DNA of 64,000 nucleotides from Kiritimatiellia bacterium (GTDB lineage Bacteria; Verrucomicrobiota; Kiritimatiellia; RFP12; UBA1067): NCBI GenBank assembly GCA_050949565.1, contig JBMNFY010000017.1, positions 1,088,001 to 1,152,000 of the forward strand, read 5' to 3'. Shown piece by piece: positions 18,586 to 28,095 of this stretch (position 1 is its first letter; each line of letters starts with the position of its first letter). The notes under the pieces were generated by a model. It saw only the letters and a program-made list of their open reading frames with translations, ran no database searches and was not told where the DNA came from. The position numbers and the translations under genes were made by a program.

Positions 18586-21500
18586 TTAGTAACTTCCCGG
18601 GGTTCTTATGATCGATGACTGGCCCACCTTGGCGGGACCTAAAATGAGCGATGTTCCGCCGCCGCCCGGACCGTGATGCCACCCACGGACATCCCCCGAC
18701 GGCAGGTCGGTACCAACGTCTTCCTGCGAGGTGAGAAAAGAGCGCATGATGAGCCTTTTGATCAGGCCGTGCTGGAGTACCCACGGATTGTAATAACCGC
18801 CGCCCCAGTCAGCGGGAATGCTCTGCTCCGCAACCAGCTCTAAAAGAGGATTCCCTTGGTCATCCGCAATATAGATGTCCTCCAGCCCACAGTCGTGAAA
18901 CACTTCATGCGCGATAGTTCTGCTGCCCGCACCGCTTGCAATCGCGATCCCCTTCGGGCGGCGAACCCCAGCGGCGTCCCCGCCTTCCAGTGTTTCCACG
19001 AAGTACAGTTCCACCGCATTGCCCATGCTGTTCGTGCTATCCATCATCGCGTCGATCACCGCGTTGGTCTCCGCAAGGACGTTTGTGTGGTTCCGCCATG
19101 CGTCATTGTCCAGATAGCGCACCGCTCCGCTCTGCACCAGTGTCAAGCCGCGTTGCCACAGGATTTTGTTGGCATCCGCCAGAAGGCCGGGGATCTCGGC
19201 GGCGTCGCGGGCTGGTTCGGTTTGATCAGTCTTTCTCACGATCCAGACGGTGACGGGCACGTTGACGGCGGGGAGGACGGTGCCGGTGAAATAGGGCCGG
19301 ACGTGGGGCGGCGTGATGACGAGGCCCTTGATGTCGACCTCCAGCCGGAAGGCACCGGTTGATGTCGCGGTCACGGCGATCTCGGGGCCGGTGCTGCCGC
19401 CGGCGAAGGCGACGCGCCCCGCGCCCTCCTTGATCGTCCAGGTGATGTCGGCGTCGGGCACGGTGCCGCCGGGCACCTCGACCTTGAAGCGGGCGGTGCC
19501 GCCCAGCGGCATGCCGCTGGTGTTGTACACGTGCCCGTCGGCGTCGGTCACGGTGATGACCACTTCGGCGATGGTTTGCATCGCCTCGAACGCGAGGTTG
19601 GTCGAGACGCTGCCGGGGAGGGCGCCGGGCAGTCCGTAGGCGACCGTGAAGAGGCGCTGCCCCGTCAGGGCGGCGGCGTAGCGCACCTCGGCGGTGCGGT
19701 TGGTCCCGGCGGTGTATTTGGCCAGCCACTCGGATGCCGCGTAGGAGTCCTGCAGCGGCTCGTACTGCCCGGTCTGGCGGTTTCTGACTCTGGCCGAGGC
19801 GGCCCCCGTGTGCCCGCTGAACGTGAGCGTGCCGCCGCCGTCGGCGGGGACGCGGGTCGTGACGGACAGGATGTTGGTGTGGCCGGCCTGCACGCGGGGC
19901 GGGGCGTCCGCCGGGGCGTTGGAGAGGCACACGCCCAGCCCGGCGACCGTGTAGCGGCCGCGGCTGAAGAAGCGCCCCGCCTGCCAGGTGAAGACGTCCG
20001 CCCCGGCCGAGGCGCTGGGGGCCGTGCCGGTGACGGTGAAGGTGCCCGAGGTCGCGGCGAAGCCTTCGAGCGGCGCGGCGGAGAGGTTCGGGGTGCAGCG
20101 GAAGATCACGGCGGGCACGGGAGAGCTGCCGCCGGCGACGGTCTGCGTGCAGCCGCAGAGCATGCAGGCGCCGTCCAGCGGCGAGAGGCCCGCCCCCGGC
20201 GCGGGCGCGGCCGCGACCGTGTCGGGCGCGCCGCCCGCCAGCAGGAGCCGGCGGGGGCGGCTGACCGTGCTGGAGGAGCCGGCGTCCGGATCTTCTGGAT
20301 CGTACGGGGCGTCCGTGTAGTAGGGGTCGAGGCACGTCGGGCACGTGCAGACGCCCGGCGATGCGCAGCGGCACAGGCAGTTGTTCGGCTCCGGGCAGCA
20401 CGGGCACTTGCCGGGAGGGGGATCGTTGAAGGGATCGCCCTCTTCCCCGCCCGCGAACACGCAGAGGTGGGCGGGCACCGTGTCGGTGTTCCCGCCGAAC
20501 GCTTTCGCGGTGTTGTTTGTCAGGACGACCCCCAGCTTGACGGGGACCTGCACCGTGTGCATGCCGGGCGTCTCCGCCAGATGGGGGAACTTGCCCTTGA
20601 GGTATGCCTCGCTCACGCTGAACGCCGGGGAGAGGTCGGGGGCGGTGCCGAAGCCGAAGGCCGCGACGCTCTTCGGCCGGGCGCCGACGATCCCCACGTT
20701 CACCGTGTCCCGCCCGGTGTGCGGGCAGAGCGGCACGGGAGAGAACGCGTAATTGAAGCTGTGCGTGGTGCCGTGCTTGGCGTTGCCCGGCGGGGGGGAG
20801 GCGGGCGCGGGCGCCGGGGGCGCGGCAGCGGGCGCGGGGGCGCCCGCCGGGGCGGGCACCCGGAAGACGTTGTCCGCGTCTTCGACGACGGTGAGGGAGG
20901 AGGCCGCGGCCACCGTGACCGCGGCGTCGGCGGCGGAGGTCCCGGGGCCGGGGACCAGCGCGAACGGGACGTCCACGCCCCGGGGGATGGCGACGCGCGA
21001 GAGCTGCGCCGTGCCCGGCGCGACGGGCACGATGACCTCGCCGATGCGCAGCGCCGCCACGCCCGCGGAGGCCTCCAGCCGGGTCTCCAGCGTCAGCAGG
21101 GCCAGCCCCGCGCCGCCCTCCATCCACGGGGGCGGCGCGGAGGCGAGCCGGGCCGCGCCGACGACCCGCCAGAAGTCGTTGGTGCCGTCCCCCAGGCTGT
21201 CGGGGGTGAGGGGATCGGTGCCGTATTTGAGGACCTCGTCGCCGTCGCTGAGGCCGTCGCGGTCCGTGTCCCACTGGCGCGGGTCGGTGCGGTATACCAT
21301 CAGCTCCTCCCAGTCGGTGAGGCCGTCGCCGTCGGTGTCGGGGACGGCGGGGTCGAGGCGTCCGAAGGCGGTCCAGCGCAGGGCGAGCGCCGCGCCGCCG
21401 GGCGGGAGGGCGGCGGAGAGCGGCGCGCCGTCCGCGAAGGCGAAGGCCTCGCCGCCGCCCGCGTCCGCCGCGCCGATGAGCCAGTTGGTGACGGCGGAGA

Positions 21501-22509
21501 GGTCCGCGCCGGGCCGGGGGCGGATGAAGTACTCGAAATCGCCGTCCGGGTGGAGGCGGCACTGGAGGTCGGCCTTGGCCTCCTCGATCCGCCCGAGCAT
21601 CAGGCTGTTCCAGGTGACGGTGTGAAGGCCGCCGGTCCCGGCCGCGGACCAGAGCCGCCCCTCCGGCGGCAGGAGGCCCGAGGGGGTCTGCAGCACCGAG
21701 AGGACGCGGTTGGAGGCGGGATCGGGGAAGGCGGGCGCGGCGGGCGCGAGCCGGCCGGGCAGGCCGTCCAGCAGGAGCATGCCCGACGGCGCGGCGCACA
21801 CGGCGGTGACGAAGCGGGAGTAATCCTCGAGGCCGCCCGCGTTGAAGCCGGACGGCAGGGGCACCCACCAGGCGTCGTCGTGGACGCCGTGCCCCGAGAC
21901 GTAATCGGTGACGGCCGCGCCGGCGGGCGGCGCGAAGTCGTGGGCGGCGTTGGTCGCGGCGTGCGTGAGCGCGAAGCATGCGTCGTACTGCGCCTGCGTC
22001 AGGCGGTTCGTGTAACGCGGCGGCGGGACGAAGCCGTCCGCCGGGGGCGGCATGAGGCAGGCGGGCGGCACGCCCCGGGTGGCTGACGCGGGCAGCTGGC
22101 CCCGGGCGGACGGCGCGGACGCCTGGCCCTGGGCGGATGACGGGGACGCCTGGCCTTGCGTGGATGATGCGGACGGCTGGCCCTGGGCGGGTGACGCGGG
22201 CGGCTGGCCTTGCGTGGATGACGAGGACGACTGGCCCTGGGCGGGCGGCGAAGGCGGCCCGGGCTTCGAGCCTCCGTAGCGGACCGCCTCCGCGAACATG
22301 AAGAGCACGGCCAGGACGACGAGCACGGAGGTGCGCCTGACCCAGTCGCGGAAGCGCCGGGTCTCCGCGAGGAGATACCGGAGCGCGCCGCACGCGGCGG
22401 GCAGGAGCGCGGCCGCGGCCAGGAACAGGCAGCACGCGCAGACGAGAAGATGCCGCGCGCGGAGCAGCGCCTCTTCGTTCAGGAGTGAAAAGATTTTGGC
22501 GGTGACCAC
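18586..22509 (-). CDS. Large membrane-tethered/exported protein with a C-terminal zinc metalloprotease domain (putative polymorphic toxin carrier)
   Basis: Two N-terminal hydrophobic segments, GGSK, 9-aa QGQ repeats, [18 protein letters not shown] Ca-binding-type repeats, Cys-rich region, beta-rich middle, [11 protein letters not shown] plus a downstream Met (possible Met-turn). Confidence 0.8.
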   Translation of the reverse strand: MVTAKIFSLLNEEALLRARHLLVCACCLFLAAAALLPAACGALRYLLAETRRFRDWVRRTSVLVVLAVLFMFAEAVRYGGSKPGPPSPPAQGQSSSSSTQGQPPASPAQGQPSASSTQGQASPSSAQGQASAPSARGQLPASATRGVPPACLMPPPADGFVPPPRYTNRLTQAQYDACFALTHAATNAAHDFAPPAGAAVTDYVSGHGVHDDAWWVPLPSGFNAGGLEDYSRFVTAVCAAPSGMLLLDGLPGRLAPAAPAFPDPASNRVLSVLQTPSGLLPPEGRLWSAAGTGGLHTVTWNSLMLGRIEEAKADLQCRLHPDGDFEYFIRPRPGADLSAVTNWLIGAADAGGGEAFAFADGAPLSAALPPGGAALALRWTAFGRLDPAVPDTDGDGLTDWEELMVYRTDPRQWDTDRDGLSDGDEVLKYGTDPLTPDSLGDGTNDFWRVVGAARLASAPPPWMEGGAGLALLTLETRLEASAGVAALRIGEVIVPVAPGTAQLSRVAIPRGVDVPFALVPGPGTSAADAAVTVAAASSLTVVEDADNVFRVPAPAGAPAPAAAPPAPAPASPPPGNAKHGTTHSFNYAFSPVPLCPHTGRDTVNVGIVGARPKSVAAFGFGTAPDLSPAFSVSEAYLKGKFPHLAETPGMHTVQVPVKLGVVLTNNTAKAFGGNTDTVPAHLCVFAGGEEGDPFNDPPPGKCPCCPEPNNCLCRCASPGVCTCPTCLDPYYTDAPYDPEDPDAGSSSTVSRPRRLLLAGGAPDTVAAAPAPGAGLSPLDGACMLCGCTQTVAGGSSPVPAVIFRCTPNLSAAPLEGFAATSGTFTVTGTAPSASAGADVFTWQAGRFFSRGRYTVAGLGVCLSNAPADAPPRVQAGHTNILSVTTRVPADGGGTLTFSGHTGAASARVRNRQTGQYEPLQDSYAASEWLAKYTAGTNRTAEVRYAAALTGQRLFTVAYGLPGALPGSVSTNLAFEAMQTIAEVVITVTDADGHVYNTSGMPLGGTARFKVEVPGGTVPDADITWTIKEGAGRVAFAGGSTGPEIAVTATSTGAFRLEVDIKGLVITPPHVRPYFTGTVLPAVNVPVTVWIVRKTDQTEPARDAAEIPGLLADANKILWQRGLTLVQSGAVRYLDNDAWRNHTNVLAETNAVIDAMMDSTNSMGNAVELYFVETLEGGDAAGVRRPKGIAIASGAGSRTIAHEVFHDCGLEDIYIADDQGNPLLELVAEQSIPADWGGGYYNPWVLQHGLIKRLIMRSFLTSQEDVGTDLPSGDVRGWHHGPGGGGTSLILGPAKVGQSSIIRTPGSY
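22074..22250 (-). repeat. 27-bp degenerate tandem repeat encoding xxxxxxQGQ units
   Basis: [45 protein letters not shown]; the copy at ~850-1005 has one unit fewer. Confidence 0.75.
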
Positions 22510-22518
22510 GGCATCCCC

Positions 22519-23112
22519 CTACTTGATCGTCAGGACGATGCCGTCGGCGCCCGCGGCGACCTCGGCCGCGCCCTCCACGCCGTGCCCGCGCGCGGTCACG
22601 CGCACCGTCCCGTTCTCCAGCGCGGAGAGCGGCACCCAGCCGGCCGCCCGCGCGCCGCACGCGGCGGGCGTCCCGTCGACCGACAGGACGAGGCGCGGGC
22701 CGGATGTCGCGGAGCGCAGCCACAGCACGGCCTCCAGCAGGCGCGGCCCCGCCGCGCCCGCCTCCTCCAGCCGCTCCCATGCGGACGCGCCCGGACGCCG
22801 GACGAACCAGACGCCGTTGTCCCAGCCCAGCGCGGCCGCCTGCTCGCGCAGCGAGAGCCGGCCGTCGCCGTCCGCGTCCGCGCCGAAGGCGATCGCGAGG
22901 CCGTTGGACGGCGAGGCGTTGAAAGACATCGAGACCTTGATGAAGTCCTTGCCGGCCAGCGGCGGCACGGCGAGGTGGACGCATCTCTCGGTGTCGGCGG
23001 AGACGGGCGGCGGGACCGCCGTGCTGACGATGTCCGCGCCGGACACCAGGAGGGCGGCAGCGGCGGCCGCCAGAAAAACGGCGGCGCATCGGAATGCGGC
23101 AAAACCTTTCAT
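22519..23112 (-). CDS. Exported accessory protein, first gene of the protease locus
   Basis: ATG at 23112 after GGAAGGAG; Ala-rich signal peptide; DADGDG motif; ends GADGIVLTIK. Confidence 0.7.
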   Translation of the reverse strand: MKGFAAFRCAAVFLAAAAAALLVSGADIVSTAVPPPVSADTERCVHLAVPPLAGKDFIKVSMSFNASPSNGLAIAFGADADGDGRLSLREQAAALGWDNGVWFVRRPGASAWERLEEAGAAGPRLLEAVLWLRSATSGPRLVLSVDGTPAACGARAAGWVPLSALENGTVRVTARGHGVEGAAEVAAGADGIVLTIK

Positions 23113-23399
23113 TGACGGAACTCCTTCCCCTCTTTGCACGGAAAGGGCGCGAACCCCGCTCCGTGCCTCAACCGAGGTACCGGCAAGCACCCACCAAGAA
23201 GCCCGGGGACGGGGCCGCGCCACGAGGGCGCGTCCCCGTGCATCCCGCTTCTTGGTAAAAACTGCCGGTCTTTCGGTTGAAGCGTCATGCGCGAAAGCGC
23301 AAAAATCAGCGTGTCGAGGGGTCTTTTCTATCTCATGCGTTCATTGCTTCATGCGTTCATTGCTCAGGCTGAACGTCCACCGCGAACGATCTGCCTCGG

Positions 23400-23428
23400 A
23401 TCATACCCTTTTCAGACAGTGACCGCAA
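23400..23428 (-). promoter_or_regulatory. Sigma70-like promoter of the protease/immunity locus
   Basis: TTGCGG-17 nt-TATGAT; the two copies differ only in the spacer. Confidence 0.6.
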
Positions 23429-23544
23429 CCGGTTTTTATGAGCGGTTGCGGCGCACAGAAACATTTGTATCGAAGGCAACACGTTCACGGCGTTTGACAT
23501 CCCGTTGAAACCGGAAGCCTGAGACCAAAAACGACGTTTCGGCC

Positions 23545-25413
23545 TTAATAGTGGCGGCTCGTGCGCCGGCGCTTTTGCGGCCAGGCGATGCGGAACCCTT
23601 CAAGGCGGCGCATCATCACTTCGCGTCCTTTGGGCGTGATGAAAACCATCCGGTAGGCGTCGGGCGTGACCGCCACGCATCCTGCGCCATGCAGGGCGTC
23701 GAGCATTGCGCGGATTTGCGCCACGCTCTTGTCGGGCATCAAACCGTAGGTTGAAAGCTGGTCTAGTGCGTGCCGCGTCAACGCCTCGTTGTTTTCACCG
23801 CGCAGGACTTGAGCGATGCGTTGTGCGCCAAAGCGTCCCTTCATGCGGGTCACGCAACTCAGAACCTTCTGGACCTCGATCCATTGTTCTTCGGTCAACT
23901 CGGTCGGCGGGTGCGGCGCACGGTACTGACAGCGGTCGCAGGCGGAGCAGGATGCAGACGATGACTGATCTCCGAAATAGTTGAGCATGAAGGCGTGGCG
24001 GCAGCCCGGATGATCAACGAAGCGCAACAGCGTTTCCAGCTTGCGTTCGTCGCGTTGGCGTTTCTCATCAAGTCCCGCCGCCAGGCGCTTGAGTTCTTTG
24101 AGGTCGGGGTCGGGGTTGGGCAGCAGGCGCGTTGTATAGGCACGGTTGCCCGGCAGGATTTCGCGATCAATCAGGCGCGCGCGCTCGATCAAGCCTAGAA
24201 TCGTCCGCACCTGCATCTCGTTGCTGATGCCGGCCAGCACGGACCATTGCTCGATCGACGCCGTGACCGGCTCGGCCTCGCATGCGTTACGTACTGTCTG
24301 CCAGACCGCGAGAATGGCATCGGAAGAAGGGTTCGCGCCGTCGATGAAAAAATGCTGCGTATGCACGTCGGCAAAATTGAAAAGAAGTTCACACCACGCG
24401 CTCGCGCCGTCGCGTCCCGCGCGACCGACCTCTTGGTAGTACGCTTCCAGACTACCGGGGATATCCCAATGCACGACGAAGCGGAGATCGCTGCGGTCAA
24501 CGCCCATGCCGAAGGCGTTGGTGGCGACCACCAATGGTGTGGCCTCAGCCATGAAACGATCTTGCGCGGCGGTGCGTTCGCCGTCCGTCATTGCGCCGTG
24601 GTAGGTGATCGGCGCGAGGCCTTCGCTTGCAAGGCGTGCGGCCACGCGATCGACCATCTTGCGCGTCGAACAGTAGACGATTCCGCAGCGATAGGTTTTG
24701 ATCGCTTGCATGAGCCGGGAGAATTTCTGATGGTGTCTTGCGCAGCGCGTCACGGCCAGATAGAGGTTTGGACGCGCGAATCCGGTGACCGAGACCGTGG
24801 GCGGTTCGCGTGGCGGTTCGCCCAGCCCCAGTTGCCGTACGATATCTTCGCGCACGTCCGGCGTTGCGGTGGCGGTCACCGCCAGCACCCGTGTGCTGCC
24901 AAGCTTGTCCAGCACCCGTTTCAAATTGAGATAGTCGGGCCGGAAGTCATGGCCCCACTGGCTGATGCAGTGCGCTTCGTCGACCGTGAAAAGCGACACG
25001 CGAGCCTGCGCCAGCGCATCGGCGAACCGCCGGTTGCGGAAGCGCTCGGGGGCGACGTACACGAGCTTGTAGCGGCCGGTACGCACGCCGTCGAGCCGGT
25101 ACGCCATCTCGGCACTATCCACCGATGAGTTGAGGAAAGTCGCGGCGATACCCTGCCGCTCCAGCGCGTCCACCTGATCTTTCATCAGCGCGATCAAGGG
25201 CGACACCACCACCGTCACGTCGGGCAGCAACAGCGCGGTCAATTGATAGCAGAGCGATTTGCCCGAGCCGGTCGGCATCACCAATACGACGTCGCGGCCC
25301 GCCAGCAGATTGAGGATCGCTTCGGCCTGTCCGTCGCGGAAGGCCTCGTATCCGAAATGCTGCCGCAATGCCTCGTGCAGGCGTTCAGGTGTCCATGGTG
25401 CGTCTGTCATCAC
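23545..25413 (-). CDS. recQ: RecQ-family ATP-dependent DNA helicase (RQC domain, no obvious HRDC)
   Basis: MPTGSGKSLCYQL, DEAHCISQWGHDFRPDY, ATNAFGMGVD, YYQEVGRAGRDG, Zn-binding CRH..CSACDRC. Confidence 0.93.
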   Translation of the reverse strand: MMTDAPWTPERLHEALRQHFGYEAFRDGQAEAILNLLAGRDVVLVMPTGSGKSLCYQLTALLLPDVTVVVSPLIALMKDQVDALERQGIAATFLNSSVDSAEMAYRLDGVRTGRYKLVYVAPERFRNRRFADALAQARVSLFTVDEAHCISQWGHDFRPDYLNLKRVLDKLGSTRVLAVTATATPDVREDIVRQLGLGEPPREPPTVSVTGFARPNLYLAVTRCARHHQKFSRLMQAIKTYRCGIVYCSTRKMVDRVAARLASEGLAPITYHGAMTDGERTAAQDRFMAEATPLVVATNAFGMGVDRSDLRFVVHWDIPGSLEAYYQEVGRAGRDGASAWCELLFNFADVHTQHFFIDGANPSSDAILAVWQTVRNACEAEPVTASIEQWSVLAGISNEMQVRTILGLIERARLIDREILPGNRAYTTRLLPNPDPDLKELKRLAAGLDEKRQRDERKLETLLRFVDHPGCRHAFMLNYFGDQSSSASCSACDRCQYRAPHPPTELTEEQWIEVQKVLSCVTRMKGRFGAQRIAQVLRGENNEALTRHALDQLSTYGLMPDKSVAQIRAMLDALHGAGCVAVTPDAYRMVFITPKGREVMMRRLEGFRIAWPQKRRRTSRHY

Positions 25414-25434
25414 ACGCCCTCGCGTAAGTTGCGC

Positions 25435-25869
25435 GTTGAAAGTTTTTTAGGCGCAGAGGTAAGACGCAGAGGCGCAGAGGTTTTTACGGGACAGCGTCGA
25501 GACCACCGCTGGGGAGGGACGAGCGTCTGCTCGTCCGCGGACAAGTGACACTTGTCCCTCCCGGTGCTCCGCGCTGAAACCTGAAAAACCATCCTTCCGC
25601 ACAGCGGAAGGCGGCTCGTGAGGACACTCGCCCTCCATTGCTCGTCCCGGCGGCTCGTGAGGACACTCGCCCTCCATTGCTCGTCCCGGCGGCTCGTGGG
25701 GACACTCGCCCTCCAAATCACGTCAATCATGTCAAAAACCGAAAAAATATATGCCACACCCTTTTGCAAGACACGGTGTTGCGGGCGAGGACGCCCGCGT
25801 TCCCGACTCTCTGCTCCCCTTTTCACCAGAAACGCATGATCTTCGCGCATCCCTGTCACAACCGATTAC
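25435..25869. mobile_element. One-ended copy of the REP-bearing MITE, inverted relative to 61818-62314
   Basis: Colinear reverse-complement similarity to ~61819-62230, including the end ccctgtcacaaccgattac; about 2.7 copies of a 39-bp unit at 25610-25715. Confidence 0.75.
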
Positions 25870-27568
25870 CTCTATCGCACGCTGTCGGTTCCGCCTCCGC
25901 GACCTGCTGGTCGGCCTTGCGCCGCCGTATGCCGCTCGCCAGCAGCGCCAGCAGCAAGATCGCGCCGGGCAGTCCCAACAGGCGGTCGCCCCAGCGCGTG
26001 TAGGGCGCGTTGAGCGGTGTGTCCGCCACCGTCACCGGCGTCACGAAAAATCCGTCAAAGTCCATCGACTTACCGTTTGATTCCAGCCGCCTGACCCGTC
26101 CTACCGCATCCACGGCACACGTCACGCCGGAGTTGGCGGCCCGCACCAGCGGCACGCCATTTTCGACTGCGCGGAAGACCGATTGGTTGAGATGCTGGAG
26201 CGGCTCGATCGATCCGTTGAACCAAGCGTCGTTGGTCATCAGCACCAACAGCCGCGCACCGGCCTGCACTGCCGCGCGGCTCAGGCCCGACACGGTGTCC
26301 TCGAAGCAGATCAAGGGACCGAGCGCCAACGTCTCGCCAGCCGCGCGCGTCATGTGCAACACGCCGCCCTTGCGCCCCGGCGTACAGCTTACGCCGGTCG
26401 GCGCTAGCCGCTGAAGCACCGGTATGTGTTTGTCCAGTGGAATGTATTCGCCGAACGGAACCAGATGGTGTTTGCGGTAACGTCCTAACGCCTCGCCTGT
26501 GGCGGAGTAGAGCCAGGCGGCATTGTAGTAGAGGAGCCCCTGATGCGCGGCGGGCGTAACCGCCGTGCGCTCAAGTTCCAGCACGCCGGTCAATAATGGC
26601 GCGCCCGCCGCTGCGGCGCCTTCGCGGATGACACGCAGGGTCTCGGGCTCGTAGGGCACGGAACCCAGTACCGCCGTCTCGGGCCAGACCACCAGATCGG
26701 GACGGGTGGCACCGGCCAAGCGGGTCTGATTCACCAGCAGTTCCTGTTGGGCGCGCACGGCATCATCGTTCAGTTCGAAGACACAGGGCGAATTGGGCTG
26801 CACCAGTGCGATGCGCCAGACCGTCGCCTGCGCCTCCAGACGTCGTGCATGCTGAATCCGCATCGTGCCCCAGTACCAGCAGAAGACCAACAGCGCGATT
26901 GGCAGCATACTTTCCGCAGAAAGCAGCAGGCGGCCGCACCATCCAGGACGGGGCATAGGTTCGCCGGAACGGGGAGCTGTCAGACGCGCCAAGAAGGGGG
27001 TCGCTGCCCGTTCGACGATACTCGTGACCGCGCCGTTGACGGCGACCACAATCGCCGAGACGCCATACACGCCGAAGACGGAAGCCGCTTGGATGAGCGC
27101 CAGATTGTTCACTTGGCTCACGCCCAGAAAGTTCCAAGCAAACCCCGTAAACAACCAGCCGCGCACCCATTCGGCACCGGCCCAGAGCAACGGATCGATC
27201 ACCAGAACGGCGCACACGCGACGCCATCCCGGCGTTCCCCCGGCCCAGCGCCACACGCGGCCGGAAGCGTATGCGTAGGCGGCCATGAATGCCGCGCACC
27301 ACGCGGCCAGACCGAGCTGACCCAGCAGGACCAGCGGCCACGGTCCACCGTTTTTGATGATCGCCGGGAACCAGCTCAATGTTGCCACCCAGAAGATCAG
27401 GCCAGCCAGCCAGGTCCACCCTGCTGCCGCGCGAGGCGCGGTGTGACGGATCATCAGCATGATCGGCACCAGCGCTATCCAGGCGCTATCCGCCTGCGCG
27501 GCGGGCGGGAATGCCGCCCACAGCAAAATGCCGCTGAGCGCGGCCGCTGCGATGGTGAATACGATCAC
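25856..27568 (-). CDS. lnt: Apolipoprotein N-acyltransferase
   Basis: Multiple TM helices, LVQPN, VVWPET, YRKHHLVPFGEYIP, LICFED, TNDAWF, RAVENG, RAANSGV. Confidence 0.95.
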   Translation of the reverse strand: MIVFTIAAAALSGILLWAAFPPAAQADSAWIALVPIMLMIRHTAPRAAAGWTWLAGLIFWVATLSWFPAIIKNGGPWPLVLLGQLGLAAWCAAFMAAYAYASGRVWRWAGGTPGWRRVCAVLVIDPLLWAGAEWVRGWLFTGFAWNFLGVSQVNNLALIQAASVFGVYGVSAIVVAVNGAVTSIVERAATPFLARLTAPRSGEPMPRPGWCGRLLLSAESMLPIALLVFCWYWGTMRIQHARRLEAQATVWRIALVQPNSPCVFELNDDAVRAQQELLVNQTRLAGATRPDLVVWPETAVLGSVPYEPETLRVIREGAAAAGAPLLTGVLELERTAVTPAAHQGLLYYNAAWLYSATGEALGRYRKHHLVPFGEYIPLDKHIPVLQRLAPTGVSCTPGRKGGVLHMTRAAGETLALGPLICFEDTVSGLSRAAVQAGARLLVLMTNDAWFNGSIEPLQHLNQSVFRAVENGVPLVRAANSGVTCAVDAVGRVRRLESNGKSMDFDGFFVTPVTVADTPLNAPYTRWGDRLLGLPGAILLLALLASGIRRRKADQQVAEAEPTACDRGNRL

Positions 27569-27651
27569 GGGAACACCGCCATCAGTGCATCGGCGAACAG
27601 ACTCATGCCGAAAGGATTGGGATGGTTGATGTTGTTCATCAGAAACCTCAT
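27565..27651 (-). pseudogene. Possible 3' remnant of an SGNH/GDSL hydrolase gene
   Basis: LMNNINHPNPFGMSLFADAL resembles the SGNH block V (xxHP) C-terminus; its stop overlaps the lnt start. Confidence 0.4.
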
Positions 27652-28095
27652 GAAATTCCTTTTTTCGTCACTATACGGCGGCGCGGGACGGCCGTCAAGC
27701 GTGGGGTTGGCGGACGAGCGTCTGCTCGTCCGCGGCGGCGTAAACGCCGCCCACAGAACCCTGCCCACAATCTGGAGTGCGCGTGACAAGCGCCGCGCTG
27801 TGCGCGGGGCGCGGCACCGCTTTTCCTCAGCTCTGGGCGCGGAGGGGGTCCGGCACTGCAGGTGCTACGGGTGCTGCCGATCCTACGGGTGCTGCGGGTG
27901 GTGTCATGCACTCGGCGTCCAACAAGCCTTGTTAGAGTTAAGGCTGTCTTGCGCAAAATGCAGTATTATTTTTTCGCATTTTGCGATATGCGTTCCTAGG
28001 AATCTGCTATACTACGGTACAACCATGGAGTGGTTTTTACGCAGGTGTGGAAACACAGAAAAACGACAATGCGAACCGAAAACTGAGCGAAAGGA

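Noticed and set aside
13337-19275. DGR or shufflon explanation of the protease cassettes
   Set aside because: Differences are not adenine-specific, all cassettes are in direct orientation, and no RT or invertase is adjacent.
19226-23089. 1287-aa minus-strand and 851-aa plus-strand overlapping ORFs
   Set aside because: Arg/Pro/Gly/Ala-rich shadow frames produced by the extreme GC content of the real genes.
25410-25859. ORFs within the repeat elements (also 61711-62284)
   Set aside because: Translations of tandem DNA repeats in several frames; no evidence of coding.
27915-27945. attC-like core (GTCCAAC...GTTAGAG)
   Set aside because: Only ~7 nt lie between the cores; it is a small hairpin, and no integrase or cassette array is present.
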